From: Azolla caroliniana
Taxonomy: Eukaryota; Plantae; Polypodiophyta
DNA length: 64,000 bases
Direction of reading: 5' to 3'
Assembly (NCBI GenBank): GCA_043228905.1
Contig: JBHGNT010000005.1
Span: 12,214,001 to 12,278,000 of the forward strand
Below the pieces are notes generated by a model. That model saw nothing but the letters and a program-made list of their open reading frames with translations. It did no database searches and was not told the origin of the DNA. Position 1 is the first letter of the stretch, and each line of letters starts with the position of its first letter. The position numbers and the translations under genes are program-made. Of this stretch, positions 12,158 to 25,318 are shown piece by piece.

Positions 12158-15100
12158 GTCCAGCCAAAATAGGAGTCGTTTGGTTGGACAGCCCTAGATC
12201 TGTGCAGCCCATTAGTGGTTCCATTCCCTCTAAGCAAGTTAGTGATGTGTTCGTAGCCCAAGTAATAGTTAGTACTAAAAGTACCCCTCCAGTACATGTC
12301 CTAGCACTCCTAGATTCTGGAGCTAACTCTTGCTTTATGGATAAGAAATTTGCTCAAGCTCATAAGATATCCCTAAGAAAACTCCAGTGTCCAGCCTCTG
12401 TAGTAGTCATTGATGGACATCCCATTGCTTCCGGAAATATCATAGAAGAGTCAGAGCCCATTAATATTGTCCTAGATAACTTAGCATGTCTAGTATCATT
12501 TAATATTATTAGTATCCCAGAACATCCCATAGTTTTAGGATTATCGTGGTTCGAGTTACATAACCCAGACATAGATTGGAGAACAAGAGAAATACGGTGT
12601 CGACAAACCCAAGGGTCAACTCAGAAGATGGCAACCATTTCGCTACGTCAGTTGCGTAAAGAAGGGCACAAGGAGGAAATGTTCCTCTTTGCAATATCAG
12701 TAAACCCCTCCAACACCATTAAAGAAGAATCCACCGTTCAACTTCCCGAGAAGTATTGTCATTACGCCGATGTGTTCAATAAAGTACAAGCCAACAAACT
12801 TCCTCATCATCGACCGTACGATTGCCCCATTGATTTACAACCGGGAAAAGAGCCGTCATGGGGACCAATCTACAATTTGTCACCAACCGAGCTGGAAGTC
12901 CTTCGGGCCTATATAGAGGAGAATTTGGAAAATGGTTTCATTCGGCATTCGAAATCTCCAGTCGGCGCAACCATTTTCTTCGTCAAGAAAAAGGATGGAT
13001 CGCTTCGTCTCGTTGTAGATTACCGTGGCCTGAATAAGGTTACAATCAGGAATAGGTATGCTCTTCCCATTATCTCAAGTCTTTTAGAACGGATCAATGG
13101 TGCCAGGTTCTTCACGAAGATCGACTTACGGGGGGGAGCATATAACCTCGTACGGATCCGACCAGGAGACGAATGGAAAACCGCGTTTCGCACCAGATAT
13201 GGGCACTTCGAGTATACGGTCATGCCATTCAGCCTCACTAATGCGCCGACAGTCTTCCAACACATGGCTAATGATATATTCCGAGATCTATTGGATGATT
13301 GTTTGATCATCTATTTGGATGATCTACTGGTTTATTCGAAGACCCAAGAAGAACATGATTCTCATGTACTATTAGTACTAAAACGACTTCGAGAACATGG
13401 TATGTATGCAAAGCTGGAAAAATGTAGTTTCGGGTGCAACCAAGTGGAATTTCTCGGCTACATCATTTCGTCAGAAGACATCTCCATGGACCCAGCTAAG
13501 GTCAAAACGGTGGTAGAATGGCAGACTTCGCGTTCGGTGCGGGATGTGCAATGCTTCCTAGGCTTTGCCAATTTTTATCGGAAGTTCATACAAGATTACT
13601 CAAAGATCGTTCTACCTCTCACACAACTTACCAGGAAGGGACAACCGTTCATCTGGTCTGAAGAAACGGACATGGCTTTCGAGAGTCTTAAAAAGGCATT
13701 TACATCGGCTCCAATTCTAGCTCATGTCGATCTGGAAAAACCATTCATTATCGAAGCTGACGCATCGGATTTTGCATTGGGGAGCATTTTGTCACAACAG
13801 GGGAATGATGAGAAGCTACATCCTGTGGCTTTTCACTCACGCAAGTTTGACGCCGCCGAAATCAACTACGAAATTCATGATAAGGAGTTATTGGCAATAG
13901 TGGATTCTTTTATGCAATGGAGGCATTTTCTAGAGGGATCCTCTCATCCGGTCACCGTATTTAGTGACCACAAGAACCTTGCCTACTTTCAGGATGCTCG
14001 TGTGTTGAATCGACGTCAAGCTCGGTGGGCCCACTTCCTCACGCGTTTCGACTTCAAAATTACATATCGTCCGGGGAAGCACCAAGGGAAGGCAAATGCA
14101 TTATCATGGCGTTTGTATCTAGCACCCTATCCTGGCGAGCCAACTTTTGATAACAAAAAACAAGTCATCTTGGGACCGGCACGACTACAAGCAACACAGA
14201 TCTTTGACATGCCCATGGATTCCCGCGTTATCAATACCATACGCGAAGACTTGAAGACAGATGCGTTCGCCCAAGCTATACTAGCACAAATTGATCCCTC
14301 TCGAGTGTCGTGTTCACAGTCGCAACCACCAGGTACGGACTATCGGCAATTCAAATACCATGATGGATTACTCTTCTTTAAAGAACTTTTGTATGTTCCT
14401 AATGGTTCTTGCCGCCTTCAAGTAGTACAAAACTGTCATGACACATATACAGCTGGGCATTTTGGTAGTACTAAAACATTACATTTAGTACAACGATCAT
14501 TCTGGTGGCCCTATATGCGACAATTTGTCGAGGATTTTGTTCGGACTTGTGATACATGCTGCAAAGCGAAAATGCCAAGGCATCATCCATATGGTTTATT
14601 AGAACCATTACCAATTCCAAGCAAGCCGTGGCAATCCATTGCTCTAGACTTCATCACAGATCTTCCAGTCTCTAAGGGGTTCAATGTGATTATAACGGTG
14701 GTCGATCGATATACGAAGATGGCTCATTTATTGCCATGTACTAAGGAGATCTCTAGTGAAGACACTGCCGAAATTGTCATGTGTGAAGTATGTCGGCATC
14801 ATGGACTTCCCGATAGTATCATCAGCGACCGTGGCCCCTAGTTCATGTCAAAATTCTGGAAGCACCTTTTTTACATGCTCAAGGTCACTTGTAACCTCTC
14901 CTCCGGCTACCACCCACAAACCGACGGCCAAACCGAACGAACCAATCAAACGTTGGAGTAGTATCTGCGGTGCTTTCTCAGTTATCATCAGGATGATTGG
15001 GCAGATATTCTCCACTTTGCCGAATTTGCCTATAACAACTCTATCCACGCATCCACTAAAGTTACACCATTTTATGCTTATACGGGATGTCACCCCTGAT

Positions 15101-15744
15101 GGTGTGTACTTGAAACCCCAGAGGTGTCCACAAATCCTTGTGCAGAGGATCATTTGGAGAGGTTACGCAAGATACAAGCGGATTTATCTACTCATCTCCA
15201 ACAAGCTCAACAAACACACAAGGTTTATGCAGACCGTCATCAACTCCCATCTAGTTTTAACATTGGAGAACGGGTATGGCTACCCCGACGACACATCAAG
15301 ACTACTCGCCCATGCGAGAAGTTGGATTATCGGCGATTAGGTCCTTTCCGTATTATAGGAAAGATTAATGATGTCGCTTTTCGTCTTGATCTACGTCCAC
15401 AACTTCAGATACATCCAGTGTTTCAGAGTTCTCTCCTCAAACCCTATCAAGAGAGCACCATCCCAGGACGTATTACACAGCCTCCACCCCCGATCGAGCT
15501 TGAAAATGGACTTGAGTACGAGGTTGCCACCATCCTTGATTCCAAGCTTGTTCGCAACAAGCTCTACTATCTAGTCGATTGGCTAGGATATAGTCCCAAC
15601 GAGCGTACTTGGGAACCGATAGAGAATGTCACCAATGCTCGTGCGCTTCTTGAAGACTTCCATCGTCAATATCCAGACAAACCGGGTCCTCAATCCAAAA
15701 CGACTCGTTACACTTGTCGTAGGGGGGATAGTGTCATGATATGA
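12145..15744 (+). pseudogene. pol (PR-RT-RH-IN-chromodomain) of Tcn1-type element, -1 frame relative to gag
   Basis: ALLDSGANSCF, IYLDDLL, IEADASDF, CHDTYTAGHFG, ALDFITDLP, LGPF, chromodomain YEVATILDSK...YLVDWLGY...TWEP; a few premature stops. Confidence 0.92.
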
Positions 15745-16024
15745 CAAGACTTGAACCCATGACCTTATGCTACATGAGTCGAGCTCTTGACCATTAGACT
15801 ATACATTGTAATACATAGAATATTATTTTCATTTATGTTTTATTATAGAAAATTGATGTATATTCCAGATTTCTTTGGAACATTCTAGAAACTTCAGGAG
15901 TATTCCTTAGAACACTATAAAAGGAGGCACAAAGCATTATTTCGAACCAAATCGGTTCAACGCTAGTCTTAAGCCTCCTAGCTACTGTACATTTCTTTCA
16001 CATAATATATATCTTTTCTTATCA

Positions 16025-16055
<31 letters not shown>

Positions 16056-16607
16056 CTCACTCTCTCTCACTCTCTCCCTCCCTCCCTCTCACTCACTCTT
16101 TCCTTCTCTCGAGAGTTCTTCACCTCTCTTAGTACTAATACTTCTTTTAGTACTAATTCCTTCTCTGCCTTAGTACTGTTCCTGACATCACCCCAAAGCT
16201 TGCTCGACGATACGATGGCCCCTTTCCCATCATCGAGAAACTATCTCCATTGACTTACAAAGTCAAGCTACTGGAACACATGGGTGTGCATCCGGTGTTC
16301 CACATTTCTTTGCTCAAGAGGAGCTACGTGGATGAAAACCATGAGGATATGACGGTTCGAAGGGGTCTCGCCTTGATGATTGACAAGGGTAGCGACTATG
16401 TCTTGGAGGCCATCCTTCGTCATCGGGATCGACCAAACCAAAATGGGCGTAATAGGCTCTACTTTTGCCAATGGAAAGGCAAACCCACAAAAGAGAATTC
16501 GTGGCAACAAGGCGCGACCTTGTGGCAAATTGAAGATGTGGTTAATGCATATAATTCCCATCACCCTTTTAAAATGAAGAGGGGACACCTTCTTCAAAGG
16601 GGGGAAT

Positions 16608-17261
16608 TGTAACACATTAGCTGTGTTGAAGGGTTCCATGATTGGAACCGCAACACCCACCTCGACGGATTGAGGTGAGGGCCTTTCTCGATGGATAGAG
16701 AAGGTGCCCATGACTCAAGGTAAGAGTCGCGTGCTTATAAGTCTTCTCGATGGATAGAGAAGACACCCATGACCCAAGGTGTGAGGCATGGGTTGTACGT
16801 GTTCAATTGCCACGGTGCACATGGGGAATGTAACCTCTAGTGCATCGAATACCCCAAAGTACTCAAGTACCTTTGTGGGGGAAGGGAATCTCCCTATGCA
16901 TTCAAATAACCTAATGCAGTCAAGTCCTATGTGTGGGAATGGAATCTCCCTAGGCATTCAATCAACTTTAGATGTAGTCAAGATCTATGTGGGGGAATGG
17001 AATCTCCCTAGTGATTGTATTCAATACTATTATGATTGATATAGGGTACTCATGTACTATATGGGGAAACTTATGAGAGAATAAAGAGGATCTTCTATAT
17101 AAGTTGGACAGAGGGTGGTTGGGCGGAGGTTCAACGGATCCAAGCTCTCTCTCTTAGTCATTTATCCCCTTAGTCATTCCCCCATAGTCGAAGAGCGTTG
17201 ACACGCGAGTCCGAATCCGATCGGCAATCCATCCTTATCGCAAAATTTCGGTGGTGTTACA
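16608..17261 (+). repeat. 3' LTR of the Galadriel-like element
   Basis: TGTAACAC...GTGTTACA, followed by TSD CCGCC. Confidence 0.93.
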
Positions 17262-17536
17262 CCGCCTCCTCCCCCCCCTCCCCCTCATCCATGGTTTATT
17301 TATTTCAATCCGATGAATCAGAGTTAACCAGGCTTAAATGAAGAGCAGGCAGGGTTAACAATTAACGAGGGTTAAAAGATAACCAGGGTTGTCCTCCAAG
17401 CCCTAAAAAGCGTATTAAGTAAAAGCAGCTACATTCCTACATGTAAAGGTTCGTTCGTAGTCTCCTTTCTTCTTCTTCTTCATCTCACCTTTTGCAGCGG
17501 CGCGGTTTCGTCTCCTCGTCCCCTTCTCTGTCTGCA

Positions 17537-17615
17537 ATGGTGAGAATTCTTTTCTCCTCTGCTAAAGCTGTCACTGATGCCATCCATCATTTCTCTTACG
17601 GACTAACATAACATC

Positions 17616-17673
<58 letters not shown>

Positions 17674-19356
17674 TAAATATCCGTTTCTTCAGCCTTTCCG
17701 GCGCTATGTAGAGATCGGATCGGACGTGTGGCCATGGTGAATTATGGACGTAGCTATGGAAAGCTCGTCGTCATCGTCGATGTTGTCGACCAAAATAGGG
17801 TAATGCCATATTTCTGTCTTCGCAAATATCTATTTGCTCTTTGAGCGAATATGTTTTTCTGCGATTTCATGGAGCTCCTCGGCTATACATTTGTATATTA
17901 TTTCAGAGCCCCAAATTTGTTCGTCTCTTTTAAGTCTCGACTTTGTTCCTTCTTTCAAGACGATTTTTTTTAATCGGAGTCTTCGGAAACTAAATGTTCT
18001 TGTTCTTTCACCCTACATACAATTCAGTGTTTTGGCTCTTTTAAAAACATACTACCTACATACCTTTGTTTCAAAGACACACCTACGTATTTGTAACGGG
18101 ATTTGACGTGTCCTTCTGCTTTCTCGTCTAGCAGAAAGTGGATTGTTCTTTGGGCATATCTTTATCTCGTTTAGCAATTTCTATTTGCATTTCTTGTTAT
18201 CGGGCACTAGTTGATTCCCCTGATCTGGTGCGTGCAGCCATGAATTTCAAGAAACTCTCCTTGACAGATATAAAAGTTGAGATACCAAGAATGCCAAAGA
18301 AAAAGCAGCTTGCTGATGCAGTCGAAGCCGCAGGTACCGATTTACACTATAAATGGCTCAATGATGTCGGTCGACATACACCCTCATAGCCTTTTAATCA
18401 TCTTTTAATTTTATTTATGCTTTTCCTCTTCACATGCGTTATCTCATACCTACATCACACGGTGTCTTGTTAACGAATTTGGATTTGTGAGTAGAATTCA
18501 GTAGGTGGACCTTTTCTCAGTCCTTGCCTGGAGAATAAGCGTGTGAAGAGCTCTGTTTTGTCCACGTGTCATACGAACTCAGTTTTGCCTGGAGAATAAT
18601 AAGCGTGTTTTTAATTTCTTACCTGCTAAACTGACAGTCTATTCCACGAACTCCGTTAGTTATAGTAGCCATTGCTTACAAAGTTTGCGTTGTGTTAAAA
18701 AATCATGTGTTAGCCTGGTAAACTAGTTTCAGGAATTTAGTAATGTTGCCAGATAACGTGCTAGTCGTATGAATGACCTCAGTTTTTATGCATAATCTAG
18801 GTAGGTAAGTTTTATTTGAAACTTGAGTTTTCTCGTAATCAAGGTGCTTAACTTGCTAATGAGTGGATGATATGTATATACATATATATACATATATGTT
18901 GATGTAGGGTCAATGATTGTTGCATTATTTTCTGGTTAAATTCATTTTATAGGTAGACTTTGATCTATGACATGATTGTACAAGTCAGTGTCTTCTTCTT
19001 TAATCATTTGCTAACCTATTTCTCCAGTCTAAGCGCATTTGTATGTGAGTGCTCCTACTTAGTATTTTTGAGAAACTATATGCATCATCTGGGGACTCAT
19101 GTTCTGAGTAGATGTCAGTGGAAAGTGGGCTAACAACTCATGGGGAAGGAAGCTTATTGTTCAGAAAAAAAGAGCTTCTTTGAATGATTTTGATCGTTTC
19201 AAGGTCATGGTTGCTAGAATCAAGGCAAGTATCTCTGCATTTTCTTCGAAATTTTTGGATTTACTTCAAAACTATCTGCTAAACAGCAATCACATTTTGC
19301 AGAGAAGTTCACTTGTGAAGAAGGAGCTAGCTAAATTGAGAAAGGAAAAAGCTTAA
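17537..19356 (+). pseudogene. RPL14: 60S ribosomal protein L14 (eL14), five-exon gene, apparently disabled
   Basis: Exons 17537-17539 (ATG), 17693-17799, 18204-18333, 19112-19224, 19303-19356 give [18 protein letters not shown]...DVVDQNRALVDSP...[52 protein letters not shown] 5-bp duplication (ATCGG x2, 17714-17723) frameshifts exon 2, the exon 3 acceptor reads CGG instead of CAG (18201-18203), and the last intron has a GC donor. Confidence 0.92.
17620..17666. repeat. (CT)n microsatellite in RPL14 intron 1
   Basis: Direct reading. Confidence 0.95.
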
Positions 19357-19646
19357 TTTGTTTACAGACTCCGAAATTTTGCCCTTTTAATGTTAGAAAC
19401 AATTTGTTAATGAGAGTTTTGTTAAGCGAATTAGATTTATCAGCCAATTTATATGGAGATCTTATACTTGAGTAGCGTTTAATCAATTCCTCGATTTTTC
19501 TTCTGTATTTTGGAGGTACATTTTCTAGTTATGTTTATTTAACAGAGAGTATACTTTTAGTATTCCTATTGCTGAACGATATTGTATTTATTTATTATAT
19601 CTTTGATAATATTATATTTGATTATATATCCTCTTCTCTCCATGTT

Positions 19647-19868
19647 AGGAGATAGATATGATAGGTGGGGTTGGTTTCTTTATCAGGAACTCAGGCTATG
19701 GTTTGTTCATAATAAGCCATAAACTGGTGATCTGTGATTCTTATAACCCTGAATATCCCACAGGTTTTCTGTGGGGTGCCATTTCATTTATCTCCTTAAA
19801 TAAATGTGGTTTCATAGTACAAGTTCTTCACGTCACTGAAGAGGTTGTCTCCAAATACCATTACATTT
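19647..19868 (+). ncRNA. Candidate box H/ACA snoRNA, copy 1 (guide for LSU rRNA helix 69 pseudouridine)
   Basis: Branched 5' domain, H box AAATAA (19798-19803), 3' hairpin with pocket TTCATAGT (19811-19818) / CTCC (19849-19852) complementary to rRNA GGAG-UA-ACUAUGA, ACA at 19863-19865 exactly 14 nt from the pocket apex. Confidence 0.78.
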
Positions 19869-20031
19869 TAGTAGTAAAAATCGTTATGTTGGACAATTGT
19901 AACAATGGGGAAGTAATTGGAGGACAAGTAATACCATTAGTATTGGTGACTGATTTAATTTTCATATCCTATGTTCATTCAATATTGATATGAAGTCTTA
20001 CAGGTTTGGATCTAGTATCCTAAAGTAACCC

Positions 20032-20187
20032 GAGAGTATGGAAAAAACAATAAAACATTTGATTGGTCATTGACTGGATGCAGATGGTGTCTCGTATTTA
20101 GTTGTGGTCAGAGAGTATGGAAAAAACAATAAAACATTTGATTGGTCATTGATTGGATGCAGATTGTGTCTCGTATTTATTTGTGGT
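20032..20187. repeat. 79-bp tandem duplication
   Basis: gagagtatggaaaaaacaataaaacatttgattgg at 20032 and 20111. Confidence 0.9.
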
Positions 20188-20188
20188 A

Positions 20189-20409
20189 GGGAGCCATGTG
20201 TGCCAGGTGGGGTTTTTTCTGAGCATAGGAGATATGAGGCCGGTCATTATTGAAAAGATAATGGCCTCATGGCCTATGCCGCATAACCCTGAATACCTCA
20301 CAGGTTCTCTGTTGGGTGCCTTATCATGTGACTCCGTAATGAAATGTGGTTTCATAGTACAAGTTCTTCCATCTCTCTGAAGAGGTTGTCTCCAAACTCC
20401 ACTACACTA
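20189..20409 (+). ncRNA. Candidate box H/ACA snoRNA, copy 2 (diverged paralog)
   Basis: Same pocket (20351-20358 / 20390-20393), ACA at 20404-20406 again 14 nt away; stems differ in sequence but still pair; the H-box position is non-canonical (AATGAA). Confidence 0.68.
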
Positions 20410-21899
20410 ATTTGGGATAGTACTTACAGTTCCTTTAACATTTCTGTAATCTGGGATAGTATATTCAGACAATTGTTGTACAAGCTTATCTTTATGCCTT
20501 TTAGAAGAATGTGATTTATCTGGAGTTTGTTTTCAACATTCAATTAGATTTTGAGAAGTGAAAATGCTTCAGACAATTCAATTAGCCAACAGAGACATTG
20601 GAAACTCAACAAATACGGTGGAGATTCTTAATTGAAGTGAAGAATGCTAATAAAAATCAACAGAAACATTGGAGTGTCAACTCATACCTTGAACTGGAAA
20701 GTATAATTTGAGATACAGGCAGTTTCATAGGCATTTGAAAGTGAATTGGTATTGCCAAAGCTTAGTTAGTTACTTACGTGAAGGAGTGTGGCAATTTTTC
20801 CATTACTTGTATTTATTTCAGTCTTTCTTTTGAAGTAGAAATCTCTTCTTATTTTCCTACAATTAATATATGCATTGTGATGGCTTGCTACAATGACCAC
20901 AACTACATCCCTATCTATGGCAGCGTCACCCATCCTCACACTTGTTACAATTCATGTCAGATTGGCTCACCACTCAATTGTTTTAACTCGTTGGCACCTC
21001 CACTTAGTGGACGATTGGCATGACCCCCAGCTTGCTAGGGCTTATGAGAAACAAAGTGTACATTCATTGGAACCTTGTTCACTATTTCCTCCCTTGGTGT
21101 TAGCCTTTGCTTGATCACCTCGACCTGAGGTTGCGTTCAACACCCTTCTTCCATCAGTCAAATTTTAAACCTAGACATCCATATACATGCCAGGTAGTCT
21201 ATTGTTTCTTGATATTATTCCTACCCTTCCAAATTTCTCATTGCAAATGAAAACAGTCTAGATGAGATAACAATTAAACCAGTAAAAAAAGTATAGCTCA
21301 ACAGGGAAGACCCTTGGTTTAGAAGGTATAGGGAACAAAAGGGAGAAAGATTATCTACAATGCAATAACGCAAAAGATAAGATGCTTCTTGAGAAGAGTA
21401 CAAAAAGGAAGGGCCCTAGAGATAGATTATTGCTAGGGATTAATGCATTTTTGTGGAATAGTAAATCAAAAGGGGGCAAGAAGGACGGACGCCTATAATA
21501 ATTCTTGATAGTAAGGTTGTCTAAGTCAACTTGTGGCAAGGAAGTAGATAGGGTCTTGTGTGGAGTTGATCAAACAATAAAAAGCAGCAAGAGAAGATTT
21601 GTGCACTACTCAAGTTTAGAGAAAGATGAACAAGATGAATACAAACATAGTTACACAGGGAGAGAGGGATTTACTCAAAGAGACTCAACGTTTCTATTAC
21701 CACTGAACCATACTTTACAAGAACAGTTACCTACTTAAATAGTTAGGTTAATTGTGTGCACACTAGAGATACAAGTTTGGGCATAGTTGGCCTTTTATGC
21801 CAACAAACTCCTCTATAAAAGGACTACTTTGTTTTACATATAATGGGGTTATCTCCCTTGTCAGCTTAAATTTTACATCTTAGTTTTAAACTATAGTTT

Positions 21900-23374
21900 A
21901 TATGTTACAAGCTGATTGGTTGGTAGCCGAATCGGTAGAGATGGAGTTGTCTTTCGGCCACCACTTGCCTTCAACTTTCATTGTTGTCGGCTAGTCCTTG
22001 TGTCTCCTTCCGAATCTGCGATCGACTTCCAGCTTCCTTGAGTCCAGCTACGTCTTTAGCCTTTCTGCTGTTTGAGCTTGTATGTTCGTGCCATTATTTG
22101 ACTCACCCTCTACTTCTTTGGATTTGGCTATGTTTTGCTTGTTGTCCACTTGTCCTATTGTGTGCCAAAGCGTTGATCTGGGAGTGGCTTTGTTAGGTTG
22201 TCGGCGATGTTCAGTTTGGTATCAACTTTCCGAACTTCGAGCTTCTTGTTGGTGACGAGCTCTTGGATTTGGTGGTACCTCACCTCAATATGCTTTGTCT
22301 TAGCATGATATGCCGGATTCTAGATGAGGTTTTTTGCAATAATTGCACGTTCGAGTGTCCCTGGACTTGCTTCGACCTCTTGCATTGTTAGGCACTCGGA
22401 AGGACTTCTTCCCCGACTATTTGGTCGGTCAGTCGAACTTTGTATTACATAGGCATCACTTCTTGACTCATGTACAAATGTTTTCCTTGAAGTGTCTTCT
22501 AATAAGATGAAGCTCGTGATCTCGGAGTACTTGACAGTCGTAGCCGACACATTATGCACGATCGTGACGAATTTTTCGCATGAAAGGGGATTCAGACTAC
22601 TGATAAATAGAAGAGCTTTCAACTCATCGTAAATTTTCATCCCCTGGGCTGAAATATGGGAATTAATGCTCTCATATTTGTTCAATTGTGCTTGGATCGA
22701 ATTGGATTGTTTCATCCAAAGATTACAAAGGCAGGTATATCTTAGTGGTGGCCACCTTTTTCGCATGTATCTAACAAGCGTCTTCCACAATTGATTAGTT
22801 GTCAAACATGATTGTGTTGTATAATAGACCGATTCGAACAGGTGCATTCAAATTGTGGCATGAGCTATATATGATGTACAATTTCGTCCACTAAGTTGGC
22901 TTGTATTCTTCTGGAGCATTTTCGTTCTTGATCGGGTAGATCTTCCCGTCTTGATCAAACTAGAAGTTGACGTTCACGTCTTGAACTTTTGAAGAGTCAT
23001 CTTTGACGAGCCGGATGTGGCATTTACCAAGGGTCGATTGGTTAAAAGTTTTGCTTGAAGTGTCTTCCTCTCACAAGATGTAGATGTGCAAGTTGCCGAA
23101 CAAAAATAAAAATAAAAATAAAATTCAATTTGATTGAAGAAACTTGGAGTTTCTGTTCAACAACAAGTTTGAAGTCTTTAGCCACCAAACTAAAAGTGCT
23201 GATGGTGTAGAAGCAAATGACAACCAGTACGAAAAAGAACATCTGGCTCTGATACCAACTATTGGAAATAAGGTCGTCTGTTTGTGGAAAGATCTACAAC
23301 ATAGCAATGTGTGCTAATAGACAACAAGTTGATGGATGAAACAATGAATAGAAGATGTAAAAGAGACAACTTAC

Positions 23375-23380
<6 letters not shown>
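21900..23380 (-). mobile_element. Degenerate Copia 5' remnant (LTR edge, PBS, gag)
   Basis: Plus strand GCTCTGATACCA at 23246-23257 (tRNA-iMet PBS on minus), LTR edge near 23260, Copia gag-like ORF 22320-22847 (DELKALLFISSL). Boundaries approximate. Confidence 0.65.

Positions 23381-23432
<52 letters not shown>
23379..23432. repeat. (GA)n microsatellite
   Basis: Direct reading. Confidence 0.95.

Positions 23433-25265
<1,833 letters not shown>

Positions 25266-25317
<52 letters not shown>
25266..25317. repeat. (AG)n microsatellite
   Basis: Direct reading. Confidence 0.95.

Positions 25318-25318
<1 letters not shown>

Larger units (their letters stand above)
10480..16187 (+). mobile_element. 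Full-length Tcn1-type Ty3/Gypsy chromovirus nested in the integrase of the Galadriel-like element
   Basis: LTRs 10480-10931 and 15732-16187 (TGTCA...TGACA); 5-bp TSD TCACC (10475-10479, 16188-16192); PPT aggggggatag; no tRNA-type PBS. Confidence 0.95.
6310..16612 (+). pseudogene. Disrupted gag-pol of the Galadriel-like element (6310-10479 joined to 16193-16612)
   Basis: gag KPREPESYNGARDA and CFICQGDHFVRDC, protease MVDTGAS, RT VYLDDLL, RH LHTDASD, IN CHDTLWAGHPG / SMDFI / [11 protein letters not shown] motif and chromodomain-like YVLEAILRH...ENSW after the nested insertion; several stops and frameshifts. Confidence 0.9.
5644..17261 (+). mobile_element. Full-length Ty3/Gypsy chromovirus (Galadriel-like), degenerate, with a nested element at 10480-16187
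   Basis: LTRs 5644-6205 and 16608-17261; 5-bp TSD CCGCC (5639-5643, 17262-17266); PBS TGGTATCAGAGC; PPT aaaggggggaat; gag-PR-RT-RH-IN-chromodomain order. Confidence 0.95.

Noticed and set aside
18334-19111. Box C/D snoRNA in RPL14 intron 3
   Set aside because: No convincing RTGATGA...CTGA pair with terminal stem or rRNA antisense element found by eye.
19742-19755. AACCCTGAA in both structured repeats, resembling the plant telomerase RNA template region
   Set aside because: No full CTAAACCCT template, the motif is paired with upstream GGGGTT, no USE/TATA promoter was seen, and the H/ACA model explains the conserved residues better.
19836-19860. CTGAAGA as a hammerhead ribozyme core
   Set aside because: No GAAA (CAAA in both copies) and no stem I pairing.
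19658-20380. Similar ORFs 19658-19993 and 20153-20380 as a duplicated small protein gene
   Set aside because: Similarity follows nucleotide identity in paired and guide regions; an indel breaks the frame in copy 2; substitutions preserve base pairing rather than codons.
20870-21810. Possible gag knuckle remnant (~20870-21030) and Copia LTR edge (ends 21805)
   Set aside because: Too degenerate to define boundaries or family with confidence.
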